From Octopus sinensis (taxonomy: Eukaryota): a DNA stretch of 64,000 bases. The position numbers were made by a program, and so were the translations under genes. The stretch is taken from the NCBI RefSeq assembly GCF_006345805.1, contig NC_043002.1:23126001-23190000 (forward strand). Reading direction: 5' to 3'. The notes beneath the pieces were generated by a model that worked only from the letters and a program-made list of their open reading frames with translations, ran no database searches and was not told the origin of the DNA. Shown here one piece after another: positions 10,440 through 24,008 of this stretch. The stretch's first letter is position 1; each line of letters starts with the position of its first letter.

Positions 10440-11220
10440 CATGTCTACGTCTGCTAGAAAAAACATAAGTAAAGAATAACTTAATGAAGCAGATGTTCTA
10501 GGGTAAATAAATTGGATATAATGGTTAGTGGAGAGCCATAGGCTGGATAGACACAATGTGAGAAATACTGGAGGAACAGATGAGTATATCTGGATGAAGA
10601 TAGAAGGTACTGTAGTACAAAAACATAGGGAAGAGACAGTAGGTCTGTGAGTTAAATGGTGTATGTCTCTAAGGCGGCCGGCAGGGTGGCATTCTCTGGA
10701 ATATCTTAATATTCTCAGATTTTTTTCAGGTTAAATGGTAGAAAACGACAAAGATCATAGTCAACAACTTTGATCCTGAATTTGGCAAACATACACAAAA
10801 GATTCCATATAAAACAAGGGATAAGAAGACAAGCACGAATCAACGAGAGAGCCGCAACACGATTGCTCGTCATTCTAGAAATAGTAGTCAATTTCTTTTT
10901 CAAATTATATCTTCTTGTGCTAATAAAAAAGAAGGACATTAAAAATATGCTCTTAACAGCTAAAAATATGCTAAAAAGTCATAAAAAGACTGGTTACACC
11001 TTCTTATCGTATCTGTCCACTCATGACTGACCTGAGTCTGAAACAGCATCAACAAAGACAAAACAAATTGAAATTACTATCAGATGATTGTCACCTCTGC
11101 CGAACTATTTGGATAAAGAGTGAACTGGGGTTTGTGGGCTTTAAATCTTACTTTGGTGGTATACGACAATTTTCAACTAAACAAATGAAGAGCAGTGAAG
11201 AGCTTATAACAGCATCTGAT
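10440..11220 (+). pseudogene. Possible highly decayed non-LTR reverse-transcriptase fragment
   Basis: Weak frameshifted remnants resembling KAPGxDG and NYRPITCLxTxWK motifs. Confidence 0.3.
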
Positions 11221-11925
11221 ACATGGAAGTTTTAAGTGGTTGCTTAAATCTCTTTAAATTACATCCTACCGTCGTAAATAAGAAAGTACATGTTGAGTGA
11301 TGCAGTTCTGTTTATATTGGTTGAAAATAGCAAGCAATAGCCACGACTTAAACGCCTTCGATCAAAAAACTGCTCGTTCGGGATTGGACGGAAAGAGAGC
11401 AAAATAGCACTAACAAATTAACAATCAACCCTAGTTAACACTAATGACTTTTTCATTTACTTCTTGGTTGAGTAAAATGTCGTGAGAAGAATTTTGCACT
11501 AGCGATGAGTGTTTTTTTTTATTTTTTAGAGTTATAGTTTCAATTAATTCAACATTATCCTCTCAAGCCTGCTGCTTGCACTTAACTGTCAGTTCCGACA
11601 GACCAGACATGATCGTTTACCGCAACTTACAGCAGGTGAGAAACATTTCCAGTTGTGAAATCAATGAAGTAAACCTTGCTACTGAAGAAGGCTGCAGATA
11701 AGAGAATATATTTTCCAGTGCAACCTCTATTTGTAGCATTCTGTATATTTTGTATAATGCTGTCTTGAAATGGTTTTGTAAGCAAAGCCAACACTGTACT
11801 GCATGGAATTTAAACAATACCTCCTATTTGCTAAGCTTTCTTCTTTCCAATGATTTATCAGTATTGATTTTTATACTAAATTTGATTAATCGAAATCTTT
11901 TGTCATTTACTATCCGACAATTATT

Positions 11926-11929
<4 letters not shown>

Positions 11930-11990
<61 letters not shown>

Positions 11991-12144
11991 AATGCTAATC
12001 CTAATTATTATTATTATTATTATTACTATTATTATCATCATCATCATCATCATTGTTATGATTATAATTATTTTCTCTTTATCACAGGTTTTGTTGGAGC
12101 TCCTGGAGTCTTGCATGCGTAGCGATCTTACTATTTGCAGCCTA

Positions 12145-12197
<53 letters not shown>

Positions 12198-12218
12198 ACA
12201 CCATCATCATCATCATCA

Positions 12219-12280
<62 letters not shown>

Positions 12281-12398
12281 GTTGTTGTTGTTGTTGTTGT
12301 TATTGTTGTTGCTGCTGTAGCTGTTGTTGTTGTTGTTGTTGTTGTGGTGGTGGTGGTGGTGGTGGTGGTTGTTGTTGTTGTTGTTGTTGTTGTTGTTA
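11930..12398. repeat. Compound trinucleotide microsatellite (TAA, TTA, CAT, TGT, GGT)
   Basis: Direct reading. Confidence 0.95.
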
Positions 12399-12399
12399 T

Positions 12400-14441
12400 T
12401 TTATATATTTGACTTTTGCTTTGTGTCTGTACAAGTTGACTCTCAAGAGACAACAGGTTAGAAGTTCAAGTTGGTATTATGAGTAGGGTGTCATATTTTT
12501 GGTTTCGCACAATATATTGTTCTAGATGATGTCTGTCAAAACATCAGAAAATTAGAAGTTTGTTTTTAAAAATGTTTTGATGTTAAGATGACAGTGTGAT
12601 CTTAAGATGACAGTAAAAGATATTTGCTATCATATACATTTAAAAGTAATTTTGATAATGTTTACAGATTTAAATGTTTTTGGAATTACATAGACAATAT
12701 TTTTCGTAGGATATGAGCAGTTCCTATAAACTCTATTTTTTTCTGATTTCTTCCATTTTGGGATTACCTGGTATCTGAGACAGGTAACAATCATCCCCTT
12801 TTGCTATCATTCTTAGGGCACCTATGACAACAGGTATTGTTTTAGTTTTGAGGTTTCACATTTTACCAATTTCTGAGTTTTTGATTGGTCTTGACAGATA
12901 CATTTATATCGATTGGGAGAGTCATATCGATGAGGAAGCGTGGTTTTTGTGTGAAATCCTTCAATATAATGTCTGGCATACTTGCATCTATCTTTCTGAC
13001 AGTTTGAACAGTAAAGTTCCAAAAGAGTGAGACGTGATCATTTTCAAGCACTGGAGGTAGTTTGTGTTCCCACCAGTTTTTATCATGGAGCAGGTCCAGA
13101 TCTGTGCAAAGTACCCAGTGAATACACTGTGCCATTCTGTCATGCCTGTTGAAATATTATGTAGGCGCAAGAAGGCTACATATGGAGACATGATAGACGG
13201 TTTCAGCCTGTTGTTTACATACACATGTTGAGCTACTGCCGTTCTTTAAGATGTTTGCCAGGTAGCTTCTTGTAGATGGGCATTGATCCAGGGCTACTAT
13301 AATAAAATCCTTCTGTCTCTGATTTTAAACCAGAAGACGCTATACATTGATGGATAAGGGCTTTGTCAACATTAGCATTGTCAGCTCTCTTTGGATATTT
13401 GCCATTGAGAAGTTTTTCTTGCCATTTATCAGTAAGAATATCTAAGGCACCAACTTTAGCAAGGGTTTTCATACGCTTAGCTTTTTCTGTGGTTGTTTCC
13501 GGTACGTCTAATTCTGGGACTTGCTGTATTTGGTATTAACTTGGAATTCACTTAGATATTCCCTTGCCTGTTTTGTTACTGAGTATGTGGTTTTCTTGTG
13601 TTCATGCTTTGAGACAAGTTTTAGCATCCAATCATCAAACTTTTTCAGGTGAGTCTTTAAGTCAAATGCGGCAATCTTCAGTGTCAATTCAAGTTGTAAC
13701 AGTCTATGTCCACCTTTTCTTGGCAACTAAAGTCGTTCTACATCTGCCATAGAGTGGCAAGTTTAACGTTGGATGTTTCTATCATTTTCCCTCTGATAAA
13801 GGTAGCTTTTGCGCGTTCGTCTACGACAAATTCCATCCTGATGTCATCACTAAACTGTTTTACAATTTCTAGTAAACCCTGTAGTTGGCGGTCATTTTTT
13901 GCAAAGAGCTTTAAATCCATGAAAAAGAGATGGTTTATAGTTTTATCAAAGATTTTATAGTCACATTGTACTTCATCGAGCAATTTGGAAAGAGGTATTA
14001 AGGCTAAAGAAAAGAGGAATGGTGATAGAGAGTCACCCTGAAAAAATGCCACATGGAATTCTTACATGCCCAGCATTCAAAGATTTCTTCTTACTGTTGA
14101 AAGTCAGCATAGTGTTCCATGATTTCATACTGAAAGTTTCGCAGAGTAGGTGCTATTTTATAAATTTCCAAACATTTCTCAATCCAGCTTTGTGGTAGAT
14201 TATCAAAAGCTTTTTTATAGTCTATCCAGACTATTTATAGGTCTTTGAGTTGTTTGAGAAAATCTTCCAAAATCATCTTATTGATGAAAAGCTTATCTTT
14301 GCAACCATAGGACCCATGTTGACATCCTTTTTGCCCATAAGAGAAGATGCCTCTTTCTATTAAAAAGTTATAAGTGTATTCAGTCAAGAGAGATGTTAAT
14401 GCTTTATACATGGTTGTTAAGCAGGTTATGGGTCTATAATC
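12400..14441 (-). mobile_element. 5'-truncated, decayed non-LTR retrotransposon with RT and restriction-like endonuclease (R4/Dong-like)
   Basis: DYRPITCLTTMYK, GSYGCKDKLFINKMI, WIDYKKAFD, FQGDSLSPFLF, FMDLKLF, then LFWNFTVQT..PDII..LIDMTLP and GTAHILRKILSM stop; 3' UTR runs into (CAA)n. Confidence 0.88.
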
Positions 14442-14492
<51 letters not shown>

Positions 14493-14562
14493 CATCATCA
14501 TCATCATTAATATTTATCTTATTATCATCATCATAAGTAGTAGTAGTAGTAGTAGTAGTAGT

Positions 14563-14653
<91 letters not shown>

Positions 14654-14675
14654 ATAGTAGTAGTAGTAGTAGTAG
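14442..14675. repeat. (TTA)n(CAT)n(TAG)n(CAG)n compound microsatellite
   Basis: Direct reading. Confidence 0.95.
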
Positions 14676-14677
14676 CA

Positions 14678-15110
14678 AGGCAATAGGTTGGCAGAATCGT
14701 TAGCACGCTGGGCAAAATACTTAGCGCATTTCGTCTGTCTACACGTTCTGAGTTCAAATTCTGTCTAGGTGGACTTTACCTTTCATCTTTTCACAGTCAA
14801 TAAAACAAGAACCAGTTAAGCACTGCGATCGATGTAGTCGACTTCTTTACCACTCAAAATTGCTGGACTTGCGCCAAAATAAGGAAATAATATTATATGA
14901 AGATGCCGGATGGTGTTAGCAGAATGGGTAGCATACCGGAGAAAAATACCAGTCAAGTTGCGTCGAATTCCGACAAAGTCAACGTTATCTTTCAACATTC
15001 CGGGATCGATAAATTCCAAATACCAGAAAAGGATTGGGAGCGATATAATCAACCGTAACACCGCTCACAAACAAATTTGTTGCCCTGAGCCCATGTTACA
15101 AATCAATATT
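14678..15110 (+). mobile_element. Two consecutive diverged SINE family A-like copies (14678-14892 and ~14915-15110)
   Basis: GGCAGAATCGTTAGCACGCTGGGC..GTTCTGAGTTCAAATTC head; the second copy is more decayed. Confidence 0.7.
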
Positions 15111-15237
15111 TTGTCAATAGAAGATAGAGATTAATCGTTATGGTTGTTATATAATTTCGCCATTTAGAGAGATATATTGTGTATGTCTGTCTTCACAGCA
15201 GTAATTCATTTCATTACGTCGTTGAGGTGGTGACGAT

Positions 15238-15598
15238 GGGAAATAGCCCTATAGCAGCGGTGGTGGGAGATGACTCATACAGCAGTGGTAGTGGTGGGAG
15301 ATGATTCCTATCACAGGGATGACCGTGTGATATGGTCCCTGTCTTAGAGGTAGTAGTGGGAGATGATTCCTACAACAGTGGTTGTAGAGGAAGATGAGGC
15401 CTACAACACAGTAGTGGTGAGAGATGATTTCTATAACGCAAGTGTCAGTAGGAGAGGATTTCTACAATAGGGAATCGGTGGGAGATCATTTCTTAAGCAT
15501 GGTGGCAGTCGAAGATGATTCATATAACAGGGTATCACTGGGATATGGCTTTTACAGCAGTGGTGGTGGTGAGAAATGATTCCCATATCAATCGTAGC
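15238..15598. repeat. Degenerate minisatellite, ~12 units of 30-31 bp (consensus near GGGAGATGATTCCTATAACAGTGGTAGTGGT)
   Basis: Recurring GG(G/A)AGATGATT motif at ~30-bp spacing. Confidence 0.75.
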
Positions 15599-15882
15599 TG
15601 AATCCTGTATTTAATGGAGGGGAAAGAAAATACAAATATTTTGTGTTTTTATGAACGATTTCCCAAGTGAATCTATTAATATAATTCTCATCTATAATTC
15701 CTACATTTAAAAGCTTCAACATTTAAAAGCCTCAGCATTTAAATGAACAATAAAAATAACAATAATTAGAACAACAATAAGTGTAAGATAGAATGATGTG
15801 ATATTCACCGTGAAAGCAATAGCGATAACATATTCGGTCGGACAGAATGCCTCGTGGCATTTGTTCCGATTTTAGATAATCT

Positions 15883-16121
15883 GAAAGCGAGTGGCTTAGT
15901 GTTTAGGTTGTTGGACTCATGATCCCATTGTTGGGGCATCGATTCCTGAACCGGGCGATGCGCTGCCTTCTTGAGCAAATCACATTATTTCAGGTTGCTC
16001 CAGTCCGCCAGCTGGCAAAAAAAGTAACCCTACGACGGACCGGCGTCCCGTCCAACGAGGAATATATTATACCCCACAGAATCAAGGTAAGCAGCACTAT
16101 GAGTCTGTATTATTTGGGAAG
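15883..16121 (+). mobile_element. tRNA-type SINE nested in an older family A copy
   Basis: TGGCTTAGTG A-box-like motif, CTTGAGCAAATCAC and TTGCTCCAGTCC blocks; AATCT duplicated at 15878-82 and 16122-26; host SINE resumes with AAGTTCAAATCC. Confidence 0.75.
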
Positions 16122-16499
16122 AATCTAAGTTCAAATCCTAGCAAGATCAACTTCAATTTTTACATTTTTAGGGTTGATAAAAAACAGACGTATCTGTCAG
16201 GGATGTGAATTAGTGGGAATTTAATAACACCGGATGTCTTGCGGTATTTCTACCGACATTTTGCGTTCCAAGTTCAAACACCTCCGTAGGCTACTTAGGT
16301 GCCGCCATTAAACCGTCGACCGGTTTAATAGCAGTACCTGGTACCTATGGGTACCTTAAGTGGTCTCCACACTATTGCAAGCATTCTGGTCGAGCCCCGG
16401 TTTATAGATAACTGCCTCCTTATGTATGTATGTACGTATGTATGTATGTTTGTGTATATATATGTATATGTATGTGTATATGTATGTATTATGTATGTG

Positions 16500-16531
<32 letters not shown>

Positions 16532-16535
16532 TGTA

Positions 16536-16723
16536 CATGAGAGGGCGCTGAAAAGTTCCTGGCTTTGGAATCAGTTATTTATGATTTTAGTCAATATATT
16601 CCCCTGTCAGATTCACACACTTATTGCAGTGTGACATTCGGTTTTTCTAAGCCCAGTAAAAGAATTCCAACCGGGCATTTCGCGAAACCCTTAAAGCCAG
16701 GAACTATTCAGCTCTCCCTCGCA
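16536..16723. mobile_element. Mariner-derived miniature element
   Basis: Imperfect TIRs GAGAGGGCGCTGAAAAGTTCCTGGCTTT / AAAGCCAGGAACTATTCAGCTCTCCCTC; minus-strand interior resembles a mariner C-terminus (CNKCVNLTGEYI). Confidence 0.7.
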
Positions 16724-16761
16724 CATTCATTCATATACATATATGTAAGTATGTCTGTATG

Positions 16762-16806
<45 letters not shown>

Positions 16807-16897
16807 GTCTATGTGTGTGCGTGTGTGTATGTGTGTCTGTGTCTGTGTCTGTGTTTGTATGTCTGTGTGTCGGTGTATGTGCGCACGTGTATGTTTG

Positions 16898-16975
16898 TGT
16901 GGCTGCGTGATAAGAAGCTTGCTTCCCAACCACATGGTTCCAGATTCAGTCCCACTGTGTGGCACCTTGGGTCGT
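16898..16975 (+). mobile_element. SINE family B head fragment
   Basis: GTGGCTGCGTGATAAGAAGCTTGCTTCCCAACCACATGG. Confidence 0.8.
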
Positions 16976-17242
16976 AATTCCCAAACGTTGCTTTTTCAGA
17001 AAACGAAAAAATAGTTTCACCATTCCATTTCTTTTTACATAAACAACAGTATCAGATTAATAATAATACTCTGTTGGGTGCATAAAGTCGTAACTCCATA
17101 CATGTATGATATTTCCAGTTAGAAATATTTTCGCAAAACTGTCGTATGTGGGACTTACTACACTTTTGAAAAATGCTAAACCGTTGTGCTACACTTTGAC
17201 AATTTTCCTATCTTGGCATCTGAAGCAGCTGGAGATACAATA

Positions 17243-17466
17243 TATTTCTTTACTACCCACAAGGGGCTAAACATAGACGGGACAAACAAGGACAGACAAA
17301 GGGATTAAATCGACCCCAGTGCGAAACTGGTACTTTATTTATCGACCCCGAAAGGATGAAAGACAAAGTCAACCTCGGCGGAATTCGAACTCAGAACGTA
17401 ACGACAGACGAAATACCGCTAAGCATTTCGCCTGGCGTGCTAACGTTTCTGCCAGCTCGCCGCCTT
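17243..17466 (-). mobile_element. SINE family A, full length
   Basis: 9-bp TSD GATACAATA at 17234-42 and 17467-75. Confidence 0.93.
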
Positions 17467-17611
17467 GATACAATAGTTTAACCACAAGTACCAGCTATTA
17501 CAAGAAAAAACTGAATATTAAAGAATACGCATTTGGCCAAATTTGGACATACGACAGTTTAACATAATAGCAACGATAACTAGATACACATACAGCAACG
17601 ATATATAGATA

Positions 17612-17938
17612 TGTGAAGGCACATGGCTTAGTGGTTAGGGTATTAGGCTCGCGATCGTAGAATCACGAGCTCGATTCCCGGCGGCGCGTTGCGTCCTTGA
17701 GCAAGACACTTTATTTCACGTTGCTCCAGTCCACTCAGCTGGCAAAAATGAGTGGTATCTGTATTTCAAGCGGCCAACTTTGTCACATTCTGTGTCACCT
17801 TGAATCTCCCTAAGAAGTATGTGAAGGGATACGCAGGTCTGTGGAGTACTCAGCCACTTGCATGTTAACTTCACGAGCGAGCTGTTCCGTTGACCGGATC
17901 AACTGGAACCCTCGTCGTCGTAAGCGACGGAGTGCCAG
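17612..17938 (+). mobile_element. tRNA-type SINE family C, full length
   Basis: TGGCTTAGTGGTTAG and GAGCTCGATTCC boxes, CCTTGAGCAAGACACT block, tail GGAACCCTCGTCGTCGTAAGCGACGGAGTGCC. Confidence 0.85.
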
Positions 17939-17988
17939 TATAGATACACACACACATACACACATATGTATGTATGCATGTGTATGTA

Positions 17989-18035
<47 letters not shown>

Positions 18036-18558
18036 TGTGTGTGTGTGTGTATGTGTGTATGTGTGTGAAGTAATTATGTGCTGAAATTATATGTTGAGAA
18101 CAGTCAGTGGCATATATTGATAAATATGAAAATTACACGTTCCACTTAACGAATTTCTTCATTTCCTACAACTTACTCCCACTCTCACACATACACACCT
18201 CCTCCATCCCTTACTCACACACATACACACACATTGTCTCTCTTTCCCTGTCTCTCCACTCCCTCCCTTTATATGTACATATATATATAATATATCATAT
18301 ATTTATATATATATATGTATACATACACACACACGCACGCACGCGCGCGCACACACAACACACACGCACACACACACACACACACACACACGCCGCACAT
18401 ACACATATATATATTACATAGTGCGAGTTTGGGCTCACGATTAATGACCAACGTGTAGAACTCTATTTGTACCTTTATATTCTAAAATAAATAAAAACCA
18501 TTCTCTGAACAAACTCTCCAATCTTGTGTTTGTGTGTGTGTGTGTGGTGTGTGTGTGT

Positions 18559-18601
<43 letters not shown>

Positions 18602-19183
18602 ATAAATATTCATATATCTGAATCTTCATGCTCTAGCGCGTTGTATTTATCTTCTAATGTACGGATATAGATGCGCTCGCATGCGCATATTTGCAAGTAT
18701 ATGTCCATACATCTATTTATATTTCCTTTTCTATTTCTTAATATCTATACATACATGCTCATATACAAGAATATCATATTACATACATACATGCATACAT
18801 ACATACATACATACATACATACATACATACATACATACATACATACATACATACATACATCTCGTTTATAAATTGCATTGAGCCTGTCTGAACCTGTCCC
18901 TCCAAAAGCACTGGGATGGTCATAATAGCGTCACAGATGAACAAGCAGTTGGAAAGAAACAAGTAAGCGGATGCGCTGTAGAATTCTTGATCGACAAAAA
19001 TGGATTATCAGAAATACAGCGGCACAGGGAGGACTCAAAAATCATTTGATCCCCACTCATGAATACTAGTTTCCTTTCGTCTTGCAAAAATTCTAGATTT
19101 AGTTATCAAATCCGTAGACAACCTGACTTCGTTTTGGGCCACCATTTTGAATTTAAATACAGGAGGTGGTTTTATTGTCATTG

Positions 19184-19356
19184 TAGGCGTAGGAGTGGTT
19201 GTGTGGTAAGTAGCTTGCTTACCAACCACATGCTTCCGGGTTCAGTCCCACTACGTGGCACCTCGGGCAAGTGTCTTCTATTATAGCCTCGGGCCGACCA
19301 AAGCCTTGAGAGTGGATTTGGTAGACGGAAACGGAAAGAAGCCTGTCGTATATATG

Positions 19357-19396
<40 letters not shown>

Positions 19397-19598
19397 CGTT
19401 TGTTCTCCCAGCATCGCTTGACAACCGATGTTGGTGTGTTTACGTCCCCGTAACTTAGCGATTCGGCAAAAGAGACCGATAGAATAAGTACTGGGCTTAC
19501 AAAGAATAAGTCCTGGGGTCGATTTGCTCGACTAAAGGCGGTGCTCCAGCATGGCCACGGTCAAATGACTGAAGCAAGTAAAAGAGTAAATAAAAGAG
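19184..19598 (+). mobile_element. SINE family B, full length
   Basis: Head AGGCGTAGGAGTGG, internal (TA)n(TG)n, tail GGCGGTGCTCCAGCATGGCC..AAAAGAGT repeats. Confidence 0.93.
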
Positions 19599-19739
19599 TG
19601 AGTATACAGTATTGCAGAAATACGTTTCAGAATGGCAGTCTGTAGCTGATTTTTTTAATTGTTTTTGTTTTTGCTTTTGTTTCTTTTTCTTTAATTTTCA
19701 GTAAATCTCCATTCCGTTTTAAGAAGAATATACGATTGG

Positions 19740-20550
19740 TGCGCAGGAACTCAGAAACACTAACCTAACTCATTGCTTCTTCGTGGATAATTTGAATATA
19801 TACCAAGAATATGGATGCCATGAAGGAAAGCTTGTTACGACATTCTCAAAATACATAGGAATGGAGTTTGGTCAAGAGAATGATTCTTACTTGGTAAAGC
19901 AATGAAGAACTACAAGCCCCACAAGTAATATTACTGTCAACTGCTTGACTATTTCTCCAAAATCTGACGAGGAAATCTACAAGTATTTAGGAATAGATGA
20001 AGATTTTTCCCATGGTGGAACTCACAACGAGGAGTGTGTAACCTGGAAATATTTTATACCACGATAAAGAAAATATGCCTCTCAGAATTTTCCACATGTA
20101 GTAAATCGATAGTCCATGGTGCGTTAACCGTGCCGGTGATCACACAGGTATTTGGGTTACGCGATTGGACGCTAAATGAAACCAAGTTTATTGATGTTCA
20201 AACCTGAAATTTGTTAACTTGGAATTTCCACATCAGCAGTGATGTATAGTGCCTTTGCTTGAGACGAAAACAAGGCTATGTCGTGACAAAAAAAATCTAT
20301 ACGATGGTATATGTAGCGTGTTTAATTCTGGGGAGACAGATATAAGAAACTACACTGATAGGGCGTGCATAACCTGTCAAGACTTTAATAAAATGCAAGC
20401 TCAACTAGCCAGACATCATAATCTAGAACAGAGAAAAAAAAACTATGAGAGAGAAACTAGTAATTAGAATTAGCAGATGTCAACATAACATCAAGCGTTA
20501 GAGAAAAAGACAACTGCACCGAACATTTGTGAAATCTGCGAGTACCACAG
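19740..20550 (+). mobile_element. Decayed R4/Dong-like RT C-terminal fragment
   Basis: Remnants IGMEFGQE, EIYKYLGIDE and VPVITQVFGLRDWTLNETKFIDVQT, with stops and frameshifts. Confidence 0.7.
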
Positions 20551-20560
20551 CCGAAATATA

Positions 20561-21126
20561 TTGGGTTGTCCGGAAAGTTCGTGCCGATTTTTAAAGGAAA
20601 GAAAAAGGTCAATAAATACTTGCTATTACATTTTTAATCAACCAAATATGAACCATTTTGTTGCACAATGCGTTTCCAACTCTCCTTTAACTTGAAAATA
20701 CCCTCCTCCCAGAACTGAGGTGGTTTCGTGGCAAAGAATTCATCAAGGTATCTTTTATCTTCATCCAAGGAATTGAAATTTTTACCATTAAGTCTATTCT
20801 GCAGAGACCTGAATAATTGGAAATCCGAAGGAGCTATATCTGGTGAATATGGAGGGTGAGGTAACACATCCCAGCCGAGCTGCAGCAATTTTTGTCTGGT
20901 TCCCAAAACATCAAGTGTCGAAAATGAACTTTCTTATCTTAAATTTTAACGGTTTACAGAATTAACACAGGTTATAGGAACATAAACCTTCTTCCACGAA
21001 AAGATAGCTTCAACTGTGCTCTAAATGGAGGTGTAGTTAAATCCTATTTTATTGACTCAACCGTGTTCTAAAATAAGTCGAAAGGCAAGCTACTATAAAT
21101 CGGCGCGAACTTTCCGAACAACCCAA
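20561..21126 (-). mobile_element. Internally deleted mariner transposon
   Basis: 30-bp TIRs (2 mismatches), TA at both ends; ORF 20634-20906 contains HPPYSPDIAPSDF and ends GSYLVD; N-terminal KKVHFRHLM is retained. Confidence 0.95.
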
Positions 21127-21929
21127 TACATATAGATTTCTATTAATAATTGTAGGAACGCTTGACTCCATGACCAACTGCCTTAATACCAGTCTTGAAT
21201 AGCTGTAATGCACAAAAAGGAAACAATATTCCTAATTAGAAGATTACACCTACAAGGTGTCAAATGTACTTTACAAATATGTAAAACATCCATGAAGTTC
21301 AACATATAAGTTTCACATATGCAATACTGCCCATAACTGCATCCATGTGTACATGTGTGCATCCACATGTACATATACATACAAGTATAAATGTGTAAAT
21401 ACGCACATATACATGCATACATATACAAAAGACTACCATATTTGATGTTTAAGTTCTAATAGAATGTCTAGCTCTAGGCTAGAAACCGGGTCTTTCTCCA
21501 TAAATATGAAATATCAAAACATAATATGAAGACATACATGCATGCATGCTTGCATACACACACACACACACACACACATGCACACACATAAACATTATAT
21601 ATATATATATATATACATACATACACACATACATACATATACATACATATATATATATATAAATATATAAATGCATATGCATATGCATACATAAATGCAT
21701 GTATGCGTAGATGTATGCATGCATATCTACATACATGGTAGGTGTCAACTCATTCAAAATATATTCTTAATGGAAGTTTAGTTATAATTTTTTTAACTGT
21801 TTTAATTTTTATTTTGATAATTCTTTTCTTGCTATTATTAATGCAAGTCGTTCATTAGCACTAACATTACATACATTCATATTATACATAACATACATAC
21901 ATACATACATACATACATACATACAGTTA

Positions 21930-22300
21930 CAATGGACGCTGGCTTAGCGTCTTGAAGTCCACTTCACAGTTATGTGCTCGCGAGTTCGATCACATGGAAG
22001 AGAACTTCAGGCAAATGATTTTTTTTAATCTCTATCGCTTCATATAAAGATTAAAGCCTTGCCTTGTGAGTGAAATTGAGTGGACAGAAAGTGGATGCAT
22101 TCCCGTCGGTCGGATTATGTCTGAAGTTCAAACGTCCTGTTTTATTCCGCACCCTGAGTCGCATTGATATGGCTTTTACAGGAAATATGCCCGTGGAATA
22201 TTCAACCACTCAACAAGTTAGTTCAGCGAGTAGGTTAAAGCAGTCAATCGATCGCACAACTAAACAATACTCATCGTCGAAATCGATGGAGGATCCATGA
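21930..22300 (+). mobile_element. Old diverged SINE with family C-type tail
   Basis: GCCTTGTGAGTGAAATT block and GTGGAATATTCAACCACT..CTCATCGTCGAAATCGATGG tail. Confidence 0.55.
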
Positions 22301-22931
22301 TTATCAGCATCGACTGTGTGTGTGGGGGGGGTGATTGTATGCATGCGTTTTCCTTTCTGTATTTTACTCTCTCTCTCTCCTTGTCTTTGTTTCTCTCTCT
22401 TACAATTTTCTTTCTCTCTGTCTCTTCCATTCACTTTCTTTCTTTCTCTCTCTCTCTCTCTCTCTCTCTCCCTCTCCTCTCTCTCTCTCTCTCTCTCCCT
22501 CGCTCTCTCTCTTTTCACCATTCGTCTTCACTGAAGTTAATGAAGCCTAATGATTGCTATTTGTCGCATTGTTCCATTACTACAGAGAAAATTAGCGGGA
22601 AATGTTACATGACTGGGAAGACAGATGAGTAGGCAGGCTGGTAGGTTATGTAGGCAGAGAGATGGATACGTAGATAAAATACAGAGAGAGAAAGGGAGAT
22701 CCATGATGGAGAGGTATAAAATAACAAAGGAGGAAGAGAAAAAGAATAAAAACGGAAAGAAAGGAGAGGATGAGGAAGGAAGTAAGGAAGGTTGGGAAGC
22801 ACGTAGAAAAACGAAAAAAAGCTGTGAAAAATAAGTGAAAGAAAAATGATGCAGAGGGCGGGTGAAGGAGACTTGATTATACTGAAATGAAAGTATATTT
22901 ATTGTGTAGGTTGAGTGGCATGATTGCTGTC

Positions 22932-22960
22932 ATAACAATGATAATATAATAATGATAATA

Positions 22961-23026
<66 letters not shown>

Positions 23027-23092
23027 TATAATGATAATGATAATAATAATAATGATGATAATATAATAATGATAATTAATAAAATAATAATA

Positions 23093-23170
<78 letters not shown>

Positions 23171-23582
23171 TGATAATAATAATATAATGATACTGAATAA
23201 TAAATAATATAATATAATAATAATATAATAATAATAATAATGATTATAATATAATAATAATGATATGATAATAATAATAATATAATAATGATGATAATAA
23301 TAATAATAATATGATAATGATAATAATAATGATAATATAATAATAATAATAATAATATGATGATAATATAATAATAATAATAATGATAATGAATAATCTA
23401 ATAATAATAATAATATAATAATAATGATGATAATAATAATAATAATAATGAATGATATAATAATAATATATAATAATAATAATAATATAATGATGAAATA
23501 TAATAATAATAATAATAATAATAATATGATAATAATAATAATATAATAATAATATATAATAATAATAATAATAATAATTATA

Positions 23583-23625
<43 letters not shown>

Positions 23626-23653
23626 GAATAATAATATGATAATGATAATATAA

Positions 23654-23700
<47 letters not shown>

Positions 23701-23922
23701 TGATAATAATAATAATAATAATGATAATATAATAATAATAATAATATAATAATAATATAATAAGATAATGATAATAATAATAATAATAATAATAATGATG
23801 ATAAAATAATAATAATAATAATAATAATATAATAATGATAGAATAATAATAATAATAATATATAATAATAATATGATAATGATAATAATAATAATGATAA
23901 TGATAATAATAATATGATAATG

Positions 23923-23962
<40 letters not shown>

Positions 23963-23977
23963 TGATATAATAAAATA

Positions 23978-24008
<31 letters not shown>

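Noticed and set aside
15238-15598. Regularly spaced ~30-bp motif as a CRISPR array
   Set aside because: Contiguous degenerate tandem units with no unique spacers, in a eukaryotic context with no cas genes.
17612-17700. tRNA-like heads with A/B boxes here and in other SINEs
   Set aside because: No complete cloverleaf and each continues into SINE body sequence; not tRNA genes.
19060-20466. GAAACTAGTA strings at ~19065 (minus) and ~20452 (plus) with palindromic stem III
   Set aside because: No CUGANGA core at a suitable distance and no stem I.
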